IMG/VR virus record: IMGVR_UViG_3300015360_000051
Location: 1 to 57,181 of that record
DNA from: a virus
Taxonomy: Duplodnaviria; Caudoviricetes
Length of the DNA: 57,181 bases
Direction: 5' to 3' (one strand)
Positions 1 to 9,228 of this stretch are shown here, in pieces. The translations under genes and the position numbers were made by a program. Within the stretch, counting starts at the first letter, position 1. The number at the start of each line of letters is the position of its first letter. The notes beneath the pieces are model-generated. The model was not told the DNA's origin and did no database searches. It saw only the letters and a program-made list of their open reading frames with translations.

Positions 1-2
1 AC

Positions 3-245
3 GGTCAACTCCACCGTGACGGTGGATTGCCTGCTGTCGAGTGGCCGGACGGGGAAAATTATTGGGTTGTGAAAGGCAAGCGCCACCGTGATGGAGGCCT
101 GCCTGCCGTCGAGTGGGCGGACGGTAGCGAGTCGTGGTATATCAATGGCAAAGAAGTTCCTCCTCCTCCTCCTCCTCCTCCTCCTTCCTGCGCTGGGTTT
201 ATTGAAATTGAAGGTAAGAAATACAAATTGGTTGAATGCGAATGA
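3..245 (+). CDS. HRDGGLPA beta-hairpin repeat protein (5'-truncated by window edge)
   Basis: Open frame from position 3 (GQLHRDGGLPAVEW...); ends with poly-Pro and the family tail SCAGFIEIEGKKYKLVECE. Confidence 0.85.
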   Translation, partial: GQLHRDGGLPAVEWPDGENYWVVKGKRHRDGGLPAVEWADGSESWYINGKEVPPPPPPPPPSCAGFIEIEGKKYKLVECE

Positions 246-901
246 AAACGTATACAGTAATCATCGATGACCAAGGGACCGTCTACTGGTACAATAAAGA
301 CGGTAAGTATCATCGCGAAGGTGCCCTACCTGCTATCGAACAGGCAGACGGAACCAAGAAATGGTACAAAAACGGTCTCCACCACCGTAATGGTGGCTTG
401 CCTGCCGTCGAGTGGGCAAATGGAGGCAGGGAGTGGTGGGTGGATGGAAATTTTCACCGCGAAGGAGACTTGCCTGCCATCGAATATGCAGACGGAGCCA
501 AGGAGTGGTTTGCGAATGGACTCCTCCATCGTGGCGGAGGCCTGCCCGCCATCGGACTGGCCAGCGGGACCAAGAAATGGTACAAAAACGGCCTTCGCAA
601 TCGTGACGGTGGGTTGCCTGCTATCGAATACGCAGACGGAACCAGGAGCTGGTGGAAAGACGGTCAACTCCATCGAGCAGGAGGGTTGCCTGCTATCGAG
701 TGGTTAGACGGGAAAAGGGAGTGGTTTGTGAACGACCACCGTCATCGTGATGGAGGCCTGCCTGCCGTCGAATACGCAGATGGAAGTAGGGAGTGGTTTG
801 TAAACGGTGAAGAGGTTTTGCCTCCTCCTCCTCCTCCTTCCTGCGCTGGTAAAATTGTTGAAATTGACGGCAAGAAATACAAATTGGTTGAATGCGAATG
901 A
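242..901 (+). CDS. HRDGGLPA repeat protein (MORN-variant/YwqK-like repeats)
   Basis: ATGA overlap with upstream stop; MKTY start, about 7 24-aa repeats, PPSCAGKIVEIDGKKYKLVECE tail. Confidence 0.9.
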   Translation: MKTYTVIIDDQGTVYWYNKDGKYHREGALPAIEQADGTKKWYKNGLHHRNGGLPAVEWANGGREWWVDGNFHREGDLPAIEYADGAKEWFANGLLHRGGGLPAIGLASGTKKWYKNGLRNRDGGLPAIEYADGTRSWWKDGQLHRAGGLPAIEWLDGKREWFVNDHRHRDGGLPAVEYADGSREWFVNGEEVLPPPPPPSCAGKIVEIDGKKYKLVECE

Positions 902-1269
902 AAACGTATAAGGTAACCATGGACGGCGGGGATACCTGCTGGTACAATAAAGACGGTAAGTATCACCGCGAAGGTGCCCTACCTGCTATCGAACAGGCAG
1001 ACGGAACCAAGAAATGGTACAAAAACGGTCTGTATCATCGTGACAACGACCTGCCTGCCGTCGAGTGGGCAAACGGAGCCAAGTTTTGGTACAAAAAAGG
1101 GGAATGCCATCGAGCAGGAGGGTTGCCTGCCATCGAGTTGCCAAACGGGGATAAGTTTTGGATTGTGAACGGGCATCGTCATCGTAACTGGGGGTTGCCT
1201 GCCGTCGAGTACGCAGATGGAAGCAGGGAGTGGTTTTCAAACGGAGAGAGAATAAATCCTCCTTCCTGA
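898..1269 (+). CDS. HRDGGLPA repeat protein, tail cut by TGA at the conserved Cys codon
   Basis: 4 repeats; ends PPS*, and the tail remnant AVKIDGEKYRLECK continues in frame to 1314. Confidence 0.85.
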   Translation: MKTYKVTMDGGDTCWYNKDGKYHREGALPAIEQADGTKKWYKNGLYHRDNDLPAVEWANGAKFWYKKGECHRAGGLPAIELPNGDKFWIVNGHRHRNWGLPAVEYADGSREWFSNGERINPPS

Positions 1270-1310
1270 GCTGTTAAAATTGACGGGGAAAAATACAGAT
1301 TGGAATGCAA

Positions 1311-1964
1311 ATGAAAAAATATACAGTAATCATCGATGAAGGGGATACCTGCTGGTACAGCGAAAAAGGTGTCCTTCACCGTGAAGGAGGCTTGCCTGCT
1401 ATCGAGCAATCGAACGGCCGCAAGGAATGGCGTGTGAATGGTTCCCTCCATCGTGACGGAGGCCTGCCTGCCGTCGAAAAGGCCGATGGAACCAAGCAGT
1501 GGTACGTAGACGGTCAATTTCATCGTGATGGAGACCTGCCTGCTATCGAGTGGGAAAACGGCGGTAAGGAGTGGTACAAAAACGGCCAATTCCACCGTGA
1601 CGACGACCTACCAGCCGTTCTGCGAGCAGATGGGCGCAAGGAATGGTGGATAAATGGTCGTCTCCACCGTGACAACGACTTGCCCGCCCTTGAGTGGTTA
1701 GACGGAGCCAAGTTTTGGTACAAAAAAGGGGTATGCCACCGAGCAGGAGGGTTGCCCGCAATTGAGAAGGCAGACGGGACCAAATACTGGTATGTGAACG
1801 GGCAGCAACATCGTGACGACGACCTACCTGCCGTCGAGTACGCAGATGGAAGTAGGGAGTGGTGGATAAATGGTCGTCTCCATCGTGACGGCGACTTGCC
1901 AGCCATAGAGAAGGCAGACGAAACCAAATACAGATTGGAATACAAATGGAAACGTATAAAGTAA
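1311..1964 (+). CDS. HRDGGLPA repeat protein
   Basis: About 8 repeats; MKKYTVIID start. Confidence 0.9.
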   Translation: MKKYTVIIDEGDTCWYSEKGVLHREGGLPAIEQSNGRKEWRVNGSLHRDGGLPAVEKADGTKQWYVDGQFHRDGDLPAIEWENGGKEWYKNGQFHRDDDLPAVLRADGRKEWWINGRLHRDNDLPALEWLDGAKFWYKKGVCHRAGGLPAIEKADGTKYWYVNGQQHRDDDLPAVEYADGSREWWINGRLHRDGDLPAIEKADETKYRLEYKWKRIK

Positions 1965-2470
1965 CAGTCGATGACCAAGGGAATACCTACTGGTACAATG
2001 AAAAAGGTCTTCTTCATCGTGACGGAGGCCTGCCTGCCGTCGAGTGGGCAACCGGGAAAAAGGAGTGGTGGAAGGATGGTCAACTCCATCGTGAAGGCGG
2101 GTTGCCCGCTATCGAACACCCAGATGGAGGCGAGTCGTGGTTGGCAGGAACCAAGTGTTGGTATCTGAACGGCCTTCTCAACCGTGAAGGGGGGTTGCCT
2201 GCCGTCGAGTACGCAGACGGAAGTAGGGAGTGGTACAAAAACGGTCAGCTCCACCGTGACGGCGACTTGCCAGCCATAGAGAAGGCAGACAAAACCAAAT
2301 ACTGGTTTGTGAACAACCGCCTCCACCGTGAAGGCAACCTGCCCGCCATCGAAAAGGCAAATGGACTCAGGGAGTTTTTTGTAAATGGCAAAGAAGTTTT
2401 CCCTCCTTCCTGCGCTGGTAAAATTGTTGAAATTGACGGCAAGAAATACAAATTGGTTGAATGCAAATGA
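1946..2470 (+). CDS. HRDGGLPA repeat protein
   Basis: METYKVTVD start, about 5 repeats, SCAGKIVEIDGKKYKLVECK tail. Confidence 0.9.
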   Translation: METYKVTVDDQGNTYWYNEKGLLHRDGGLPAVEWATGKKEWWKDGQLHREGGLPAIEHPDGGESWLAGTKCWYLNGLLNREGGLPAVEYADGSREWYKNGQLHRDGDLPAIEKADKTKYWFVNNRLHREGNLPAIEKANGLREFFVNGKEVFPPSCAGKIVEIDGKKYKLVECK

Positions 2471-3027
2471 AAACGTATAAAGTGACCATTGACCAAGGGA
2501 CCACCTGCTGGTACAACGAGGAAGACTGTTTTCATCGTGACGGTGACCTGCCTGCTATTGAACAGGCAGACGGCGGAAAACAGTGGTGGAAAGATGGTCA
2601 GCTCCACCGCGATAACGGACTGCCCGCCATCGAATGGCCGCACGGGACCAAGCAGTGGTACGTGAACGGCAAGCGTTTCCGTGACGGAGACCTGCCTACC
2701 ATCGAGTGGGCCAGTGGACATCTGGAATGGTGGGTGGGTGGTCATTTTAATTACCGTGACGGAGACCTACCTGCCATTAAGCGAGAGACCGGATGTAAGA
2801 CAGGTTATGTAGAAAACCGCCTCCACCGTGGCGGTGGGTTGCCTGCGGTCGTGCGAGAGGACGGACACCGGGAATGGTGGGTAGACGGCCAACTCCATCG
2901 TGACGGTGGCCTGCCCGCTATCGAAGGGATAAACGGGGGAAAGTGGTGGTACGTGAACGGCAAGCGTTACAGTGACGGAAACCTGCCTGCCATCGACGGG
3001 CCAGACGAACACAAGGTGAAGGAATAA
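2467..3027 (+). CDS. HRDGGLPA repeat protein
   Basis: MKTYKVT start via ATGA overlap, about 7 repeats, no family tail. Confidence 0.88.
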   Translation: MKTYKVTIDQGTTCWYNEEDCFHRDGDLPAIEQADGGKQWWKDGQLHRDNGLPAIEWPHGTKQWYVNGKRFRDGDLPTIEWASGHLEWWVGGHFNYRDGDLPAIKRETGCKTGYVENRLHRGGGLPAVVREDGHREWWVDGQLHRDGGLPAIEGINGGKWWYVNGKRYSDGNLPAIDGPDEHKVKE

Positions 3028-3605
3028 TGCAAACGTATAAAGTAACAGTCGATGGCCAAGGGAGTATCCACTGGTATACCAAAGAAGGCTCTCGCCATCG
3101 TGAAGGTGGATTGCCTGCCATCGAACACACAGACGGAGGTAAGGAGTGGTGGAAAAATGGTGGGCGTCACCGTGACGGAGGTCTGCCCGCATCCGAATGG
3201 GCAGACGGTACCAAGGAATGGTGGATGGACGGTAAGCAACACCGCGACGGAGGTTTGCCTGCTGTCGAATGGCCAGACTGTTCTAAACAGTGGTGGGTGG
3301 GCGGAAAACTCCATCGCGACAACGACTTGCCCGCCCTTGAGTGGTTAGAAGGGCATAAGGAGTGGCACGTAAATGGCCAGCGCCATCGTGACAACGACTT
3401 GCCCTCTGTCAAGTTCTCAAACGGGGACAATCATTGGTGGAAAAACGGAAAACGTCATCGTGACGGCGGATTGCCTGCTATTATTCGAGCAGACGGTAGA
3501 CAGTCGTGGTATATTGATGGCAAAGAAGTTTCGCCTCCTCCTCCTTCCTGCGCTGGTAAAATTGTTGAAATTGACGGCAAGAAATACAAATTGGTAAGTA
3601 TGTGA
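3027..3605 (+). CDS. HRDGGLPA repeat protein
   Basis: MQTYKVTVD start, about 6 repeats, family tail. Confidence 0.9.
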   Translation: MQTYKVTVDGQGSIHWYTKEGSRHREGGLPAIEHTDGGKEWWKNGGRHRDGGLPASEWADGTKEWWMDGKQHRDGGLPAVEWPDCSKQWWVGGKLHRDNDLPALEWLEGHKEWHVNGQRHRDNDLPSVKFSNGDNHWWKNGKRHRDGGLPAIIRADGRQSWYIDGKEVSPPPPSCAGKIVEIDGKKYKLVSM

Positions 3606-4276
3606 AAACGTATAAGGTAACCGTGTACGAAATCGGAGATAGTCGTTGGTACAACGAGGATAGTCGCCTCCATCGTGACGACGACTTGCCTGCCGTTGAA
3701 CGACCAGACGGTACCAAAGAGTGGTGGAAGGATGGTCTCCTCCACCGTGAAGGCGGACCTGCTATCGAGCTACTAGACGGTCGTAAGGAGTGGTACAAAA
3801 ACGGGAAACTTTGCCGTGACGACGACTTGCCTGCCGTCGAATATTCGGACGGCTCTAAACAATGGTGGAAAGACGGTCAACTCCACCGCGATGATGATTT
3901 GCCTGCCGCTGAATGGGCGAGTGGGGAAAGGCAGTGGTGGGTGGACGGTAAGCAACACCGCGATGGTAGATTGCCTGCTCGCTCGCGGGCAGACGGAAGC
4001 AAGGAATGGTGGAAAAGGGGGAATCGTCACCGTAATGGTGGCTTGCCTGCCATCGAGTGGGCAAATGGAACTAAAGAGTGGTACAAAAAAGGGAACCTTC
4101 ACCGCGATAAAGACTTGCCTGCCATCGAATATGCAGACGGAACCAAGTTTTGGTATAAAAACGGCCTCCCCCATCGTGACGGAGACCTGCCCGCCGTTGA
4201 ATATCCAAACGGGCATAAGGAATGGTGGGTAGACGGAGACCTCGTAAGGAGTCTTTGTCTCTATAATGAACCATAA
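3602..4276 (+). CDS. HRDGGLPA repeat protein
   Basis: GTG start overlapping upstream TGA; about 8 repeats. Confidence 0.9.
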   Translation: MKTYKVTVYEIGDSRWYNEDSRLHRDDDLPAVERPDGTKEWWKDGLLHREGGPAIELLDGRKEWYKNGKLCRDDDLPAVEYSDGSKQWWKDGQLHRDDDLPAAEWASGERQWWVDGKQHRDGRLPARSRADGSKEWWKRGNRHRNGGLPAIEWANGTKEWYKKGNLHRDKDLPAIEYADGTKFWYKNGLPHRDGDLPAVEYPNGHKEWWVDGDLVRSLCLYNEP

Positions 4277-4296
4277 TTGGTAGTTATGATAGATTT

Positions 4297-4331
4297 ATGA
4301 TACAATACCTCATTAAAACATTCATAGGAGT
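4297..4331 (+). promoter_or_regulatory. Putative extended -10 promoter (TGnTACAAT) and SD (AGGAG) for sbcC
   Basis: tttaTGaTACAAT in the AT-rich intergenic gap; AGGAG 7 nt before GTG 4338. Confidence 0.5.
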
Positions 4332-4337
4332 CGAGCA

Positions 4338-6392
4338 GTGAAAATAGTTCTCAAAACTATCTACGGGCAGGCCTTTCGGTCGTTAGTCGCTCCGTTTTCT
4401 ATTTCAGTCCCTGATTCGGGGCTTACCCTAATTAAGGGCTTGAACCAAGATACTGGAGACAGCTCTGCTTCTGGGAAGTCGTCTCTCGTCCTAGCTATGG
4501 CCCACCTTTTCGGTGGATGCCCTTTTCCTCGAACCGAATTCCAGTCATGGCTAACGGAAGAACCTGCCATGGTAGGAGCAGTGATAAAATGCGGCGACGG
4601 AGACTATACGGTAGAGCGTAGAAGTACAGGGTTGTCGGTACTTCGGCCCGATGGAGTACTAATTAAGGGCAAATCCGCTGAAGCGGAGTTGGACCGATTG
4701 TTCGGGTTAGACGTAAAAATGCGAGCGCTGCTCACCTACAGGGGGCAAGGGCAAGATGGCATTTTTTTGAGTATGTCAGACGCCGAAAAAAAGGAGTTCT
4801 TTGCGCAAACGCTTGGACTCGAACAATATGAGCAATTAGAGTCTCAGGCAGACGAGGCAGCCAAGGTATTGGAGAGGACATTTTTGAGCCTCCAGTCCGT
4901 CATGGAGTACATATCTAAAGACTTCGACCTTGCCTCTACAGAGCTAGTAGAGGCTCGAAAAGCGTCAGACAACATGACGGACGAAAAAATCAAGGAGTTG
5001 GAGACAGTCAAACTCGACCTCGAAAGAAGGGTAAGTAACCTCGCCTCGGAATTTGAAGGAATCAAAGGCTCTATCACTCTAGAGCTGGAGTCGGCAATCG
5101 CAAAAGTTAGGACGAGTATCGAATCGAGCCTAGGAGAAACTTCTACCGTGGTGCCAGAGCTTAGGGCCGCGCTGTCGGTAGCCGAGTCCCGGCTGAACAA
5201 AGTGCTCGAATTTGAAAGGGCTCAAAAGTCCGACCTAGACGGCCAGAGGGCAACGGCTGAGAAAAAAATTCAAGAGATAGACCGTGTCATTATCTGCAAC
5301 GGGGCGGAAATACGTACGAGTAGAAAAAACTTGTTACTCCGTCAGTCCCATCTGGAGGATAGCAAGTGTCCTACTTGTCTACAACAGTGGGCAAATGCTA
5401 AATCGGAACTACTGACAGTCCATGCCAGCCTGGAAGGACTAGGGAAAAAAGAAGAAGAATTAGTACTCTTGCAACAACAAAAAGTAGTGCAAGAATCCCA
5501 GCTTGAGACTGTGCCCACATTCGAGCAACATAAGTTCCACAGCTCCCTATCGATGGAAATATTGCGCCTCCGGGACCAAATAGTCGAGGTAGAAAGCGTA
5601 GGGAAGGAATCAAAAAACAAAGAATTAGCCGAATTAAAAATTCGGGAATCAGACCTAAAACAGGCCGCCGCTACATCCGTGGCCAGCCAGAGGGATGTCT
5701 TCGGCGCAGCGATAACCGAAGTCCGGTGTTTGATTGACCAGACATCTACTCAGATTAACGAAATGCGTCGTTTTTTGCAATCGCTATCGGACAAAAATAG
5801 CAAAGTGACCCAAGTAAGCAAAAAACTTGACACAGCACGTGCCGACAAAATGTCGGCAGAAGTCGAGTACAACAAGGAGAGAGATTTTAAGGCCTTGATT
5901 GGGCGAGAGGGGTTCCTTGGGGTTATTTTTGACGATATATTGGACGAAGTAGCTTCGGCGACGAACAACATCCTATCGATGGTTGCAAACGTCCGTCATG
6001 TAGTTTTTGAATTTGATTCTCAAAAGGAATCAAAATCTGGCAACATCCAAAGGCGCATCACTCCAATAGTAATCGTCGACGGTAGGAAGGTCTCATTTTC
6101 GTCTGGTCTATCGGGAGGAATGCAGTCTGCGGTTAAATTGGCGGTAGACCTAGCCGTAGGAGAGGTCTTGTCCAAGCGCCTGGGGTCCTATCCGGGTTGG
6201 CTAATCCTGGACGAGTCGTTCGATGGCCTTGGGAGAGTTTCAAAAGAAACGTGCATAGAGATGCTGGCCAAATTTGCAGGCGACCGCACAGTATTTGTAA
6301 TCGACCACGCCTCGGAATTTCAGGGTCAATTTTCCCAGATAATATCAGTAACATCTGTTGACGGAAAAAGTGCTGTCAGCTATAGTGGGTGA
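4338..6392 (+). CDS. sbcC: SbcC/Rad50/T4 gp46-like recombination ATPase
   Basis: Walker A SASGKS, coiled coil with CPTC zinc hook, LSGG signature, ILDESFDGL Walker B/D-loop, IDH H-loop. Confidence 0.92.
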   Translation: MKIVLKTIYGQAFRSLVAPFSISVPDSGLTLIKGLNQDTGDSSASGKSSLVLAMAHLFGGCPFPRTEFQSWLTEEPAMVGAVIKCGDGDYTVERRSTGLSVLRPDGVLIKGKSAEAELDRLFGLDVKMRALLTYRGQGQDGIFLSMSDAEKKEFFAQTLGLEQYEQLESQADEAAKVLERTFLSLQSVMEYISKDFDLASTELVEARKASDNMTDEKIKELETVKLDLERRVSNLASEFEGIKGSITLELESAIAKVRTSIESSLGETSTVVPELRAALSVAESRLNKVLEFERAQKSDLDGQRATAEKKIQEIDRVIICNGAEIRTSRKNLLLRQSHLEDSKCPTCLQQWANAKSELLTVHASLEGLGKKEEELVLLQQQKVVQESQLETVPTFEQHKFHSSLSMEILRLRDQIVEVESVGKESKNKELAELKIRESDLKQAAATSVASQRDVFGAAITEVRCLIDQTSTQINEMRRFLQSLSDKNSKVTQVSKKLDTARADKMSAEVEYNKERDFKALIGREGFLGVIFDDILDEVASATNNILSMVANVRHVVFEFDSQKESKSGNIQRRITPIVIVDGRKVSFSSGLSGGMQSAVKLAVDLAVGEVLSKRLGSYPGWLILDESFDGLGRVSKETCIEMLAKFAGDRTVFVIDHASEFQGQFSQIISVTSVDGKSAVSYSG

Positions 6393-6584
6393 ATGATTCT
6401 GCTCAAAAAAATCATCTACTATTCACTTCTTCCTTTTTGGTTACTAGGATGGGGGTGTTCCGTGGTGGGGGAATATATCGAATTTTTGCAATGGACGTTC
6501 GTTCGTTCTCTAGACTCGGCTGAGACGGTCGCCTTCGTCAAACAGATTAGAGACGAACAAAAAGCTAAAGAAACCTCAATTTAA
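6393..6584 (+). CDS. Small hypothetical protein, hydrophobic N-terminus
   Basis: Abuts sbcC stop; hydrophobic segment. Confidence 0.55.
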   Translation: MILLKKIIYYSLLPFWLLGWGCSVVGEYIEFLQWTFVRSLDSAETVAFVKQIRDEQKAKETSI

Positions 6585-6606
6585 AAAAGAAAGAAGAAAG
6601 AATAAA

Positions 6607-6933
6607 ATGGCAAAAAATGACGACAAGTTTTCAAAACTGGACGAGGAGTGGCGTTCACAAATGCTGTCCTCGCCCAACGAAAACGTCAATTCAACGATTG
6701 TTACATCAGCCGTTAATTTGATTTCGCTAGAGCTAGCGAAAAAGCTAGACGACGACCTACTCTCCCTGAAGGAGCAACTGAAGGTCGCTAACGAGCAATA
6801 TTCAGAGGGCAAAAAAGTAAATCTGCTACGGATGGAATTCCTAATAGAAGTTCTCCGTTCGCGAGGACTAAACGTTCCAGATGTTTCGGATTTTGTCAAA
6901 AAAGCAAAAAACGAAGCAATCTCGGAAGTTTAG
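6607..6933 (+). CDS. Hypothetical protein (helical)
   Basis: 108-aa ORF in operon context. Confidence 0.7.
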   Translation: MAKNDDKFSKLDEEWRSQMLSSPNENVNSTIVTSAVNLISLELAKKLDDDLLSLKEQLKVANEQYSEGKKVNLLRMEFLIEVLRSRGLNVPDVSDFVKKAKNEAISEV

Positions 6934-6960
6934 GCTCTGAGCAATAATCTAATTCGCTCA

Positions 6961-7275
6961 ATGCCGCTGAAGGAACCTACAAAGCAGACTCTTGCCCGCT
7001 ATGGCCTATCCGTACTAGAATGGCAGACCATGGCAGAGCAGCAAGAGTCTGCTTGTTATATTTGCAGAAAACAGCCTTCAACTGGTCGTCTCTGTATAGA
7101 CCACGACCACGCTAAGGGGTGGAAGAAGATGCCCCCTCGGCAGCGCGTGCTCTACGTGAGGGGGCTACTTTGTTGGGTCTGCAATCACTACTACGTAGGT
7201 CGCGGGATTTCCGTCGACAAAGCCCAGCAAGTCGTCAACTACCTTAAAGCGTACGAAGAAAGAAAACCCCGTTAA
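6961..7275 (+). CDS. Endonuclease VII-family nuclease
   Basis: CYIC...IDHDH...VRGLLCWVCN motifs. Confidence 0.88.
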   Translation: MPLKEPTKQTLARYGLSVLEWQTMAEQQESACYICRKQPSTGRLCIDHDHAKGWKKMPPRQRVLYVRGLLCWVCNHYYVGRGISVDKAQQVVNYLKAYEERKPR

Positions 7276-9152
7276 TGTCCACCAGACCATTCAGTAATTT
7301 GTCCAAAGTCGTCTATAAGCGGACATATGCCAGAAACGATGGAGGAATTCCTGAAAATTTCTCCGATACTATTGAGCGCATCATAAGAGGGAATACGGAG
7401 GGGCACAACGTCACCGCTCAGGAGGTTGAGCGCCTTAGGTATTTTATGACTGAACGCAAGGCTGGGCCTGCTGGGCGCGGCTGGTGGTGTTCTGGGTCCC
7501 CTGCGCAAAAACGGTTCGGTGGAGCCGCACTGACCAACTGTTGGTTTTTGACGGGTGATGATTGGGCGAATTTCGTGATGGCTCAAGACCTCCTAATGCT
7601 CGGCGGAGGCGTAGGATATAGCGTAGAGCGCCAATTTATCGACTCTCTACCGAGAATTAAAAAAAATGTGTTGATTACCCATAAATCGACCAAGGATGCT
7701 GATTTTATCATCCCGGATAGCCGAGAGGGGTGGTGTGAGCTTACTCGCAGAACGCTGGAGGCGTTTTTCGTGACCGGCAAGGGATTTAATTTCTCGACGG
7801 TGTGTATTCGGCCCACTGGAGAACCCATTGGAGGGTTTGGCGGGGTCGCCAGCGGCCCAAAACCCTTAATCCGGATGGTAGAAAAACTCTGCGGGATATT
7901 CCATTCAAGAGCTGGCCACAAATTGCGCTCGATAGATGCTGCCGATGTAATGTGCAGCGTCGGTGAAATGGTGGTCGCCGGAAATGTAAGGCGCTCCGCT
8001 ATCATCATCATCGGAGATGCGCATGACAAGGAATTTCTGAAAATTAAACGCTGGGACCTAGGCCCCATCCCTACACAGCGAGCGATGGCGAATTTTTCTA
8101 TCATGGCTGAGGACCCGGAGAACGACTTACGTCCTCTATTCTGGGCTACTTACCACCACGGAGAACCTCTCGGGATTGTTAATCGGCATAATATCAGGAA
8201 TTACGGTCGTGGAAGCGCTAATCCAAAAAAGGATTCGGCGATGGGGGTTAACCCGTGCGCTGAGGCCACGTTGGAGGACGGCGAGCCGTGCAACCTCCAG
8301 GAAATCAACTTGGCAGCTATAGAGTCAACACAGGAATTTGCGGAGGCTGCCCGGTTGATGCACCGATACGGTAAGCGGGTCACCATGGAAAAATACCATT
8401 GGGCCAAATCAGACGAGGTCATTAAACGCAACCGGCGCATCGGAACAGGGATTACGGGTTGTCTTCAAAATACCGCCCTGTTCAATGCAAAAGTCCTGGA
8501 TTATGTCTACGAGCAAATCCAGGAAGAGAACGTGTCTTACTCAAAGGAGTTGGAGATTGCTGAGTCCATCAGGACTACGGTCATAAAGCCGTCTGGTAGT
8601 CAATCGAAATTACTAGGCGCGATGGCCGAAGGCATCCATCCGGCCTATAGTAAATACTTGATTCAGCGCATCAGGATTGCATCCAACGACGCATTAATAG
8701 AGCGACTACAAAAGGCCGGACACTACATGGAGCCGGTTGAGAAATTTGACGGGACCCTCGACCCTGAGACGATGGTCGTCGACTTTTATCTAGAGACTCC
8801 GGATGGGTGCCCCATCGCCGATGAGGGGTTCGGGACTCGGGAACAGCTAGATTCTCTCCTGTTGGCTCAAGAGCACTGGGCGGACCAGGCGGTGAGTATC
8901 ACTGTATACTACAAAGAGGAAGACCTGCCCTTCATCAAGGAGTGGGTATCGGACCATCTCCACCGCATCAAAACGATTTCTTTTCTGAAACACGCAGGAC
9001 ACGGGTTCAAACAGGCCCCCAAGGAGCCAATCTCCCGGGAGCAGTTTTCGGAGCTATCCAGCAACATTAGACCTCTAGATATCGAGGGGGTTGGGGATGG
9101 CGAATTAGTGTCAGGTATTGAGTGTGATGGCGGCGCCTGCCCCATCAGATAA
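7275..9152 (+). CDS. nrdJ: Class II (adenosylcobalamin-dependent) monomeric ribonucleotide reductase
   Basis: TNC, GNVRRSA, NPCAE thiyl-radical motif, KPSGS, C-terminal ECDGGACPIR. Confidence 0.92.
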   Translation: MSTRPFSNLSKVVYKRTYARNDGGIPENFSDTIERIIRGNTEGHNVTAQEVERLRYFMTERKAGPAGRGWWCSGSPAQKRFGGAALTNCWFLTGDDWANFVMAQDLLMLGGGVGYSVERQFIDSLPRIKKNVLITHKSTKDADFIIPDSREGWCELTRRTLEAFFVTGKGFNFSTVCIRPTGEPIGGFGGVASGPKPLIRMVEKLCGIFHSRAGHKLRSIDAADVMCSVGEMVVAGNVRRSAIIIIGDAHDKEFLKIKRWDLGPIPTQRAMANFSIMAEDPENDLRPLFWATYHHGEPLGIVNRHNIRNYGRGSANPKKDSAMGVNPCAEATLEDGEPCNLQEINLAAIESTQEFAEAARLMHRYGKRVTMEKYHWAKSDEVIKRNRRIGTGITGCLQNTALFNAKVLDYVYEQIQEENVSYSKELEIAESIRTTVIKPSGSQSKLLGAMAEGIHPAYSKYLIQRIRIASNDALIERLQKAGHYMEPVEKFDGTLDPETMVVDFYLETPDGCPIADEGFGTREQLDSLLLAQEHWADQAVSITVYYKEEDLPFIKEWVSDHLHRIKTISFLKHAGHGFKQAPKEPISREQFSELSSNIRPLDIEGVGDGELVSGIECDGGACPIR

Positions 9153-9158
9153 TAGTTC

Positions 9159-9187
9159 TTGACAATGGTTCTAGTATCCATTACCAT
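9159..9187 (+). promoter_or_regulatory. Sigma70-type promoter
   Basis: TTGACA-17 nt-TACCAT in the intergenic gap after nrdJ. Confidence 0.6.
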
Positions 9188-9228
9188 TGGTAATGGGATA
9201 GCTTGCGTTCACATCTGGGGAAATAAAT

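Noticed and set aside
59-4274. Many antisense and alternate-frame ORFs over repeat genes (also 45216-47177 and 53644-56889)
   Set aside because: Shadow ORFs from the stop-poor repeat unit, with no promoters or SD sites
3-4276. CRISPR array or diversity-generating retroelement as the source of the repeats
   Set aside because: Repeats are in-frame coding units with no repeat-spacer structure. No reverse transcriptase is in the window, and differences between units do not appear confined to adenines.
6961-7275. Intron-associated homing endonuclease
   Set aside because: Free-standing; the adjacent nrdJ is uninterrupted
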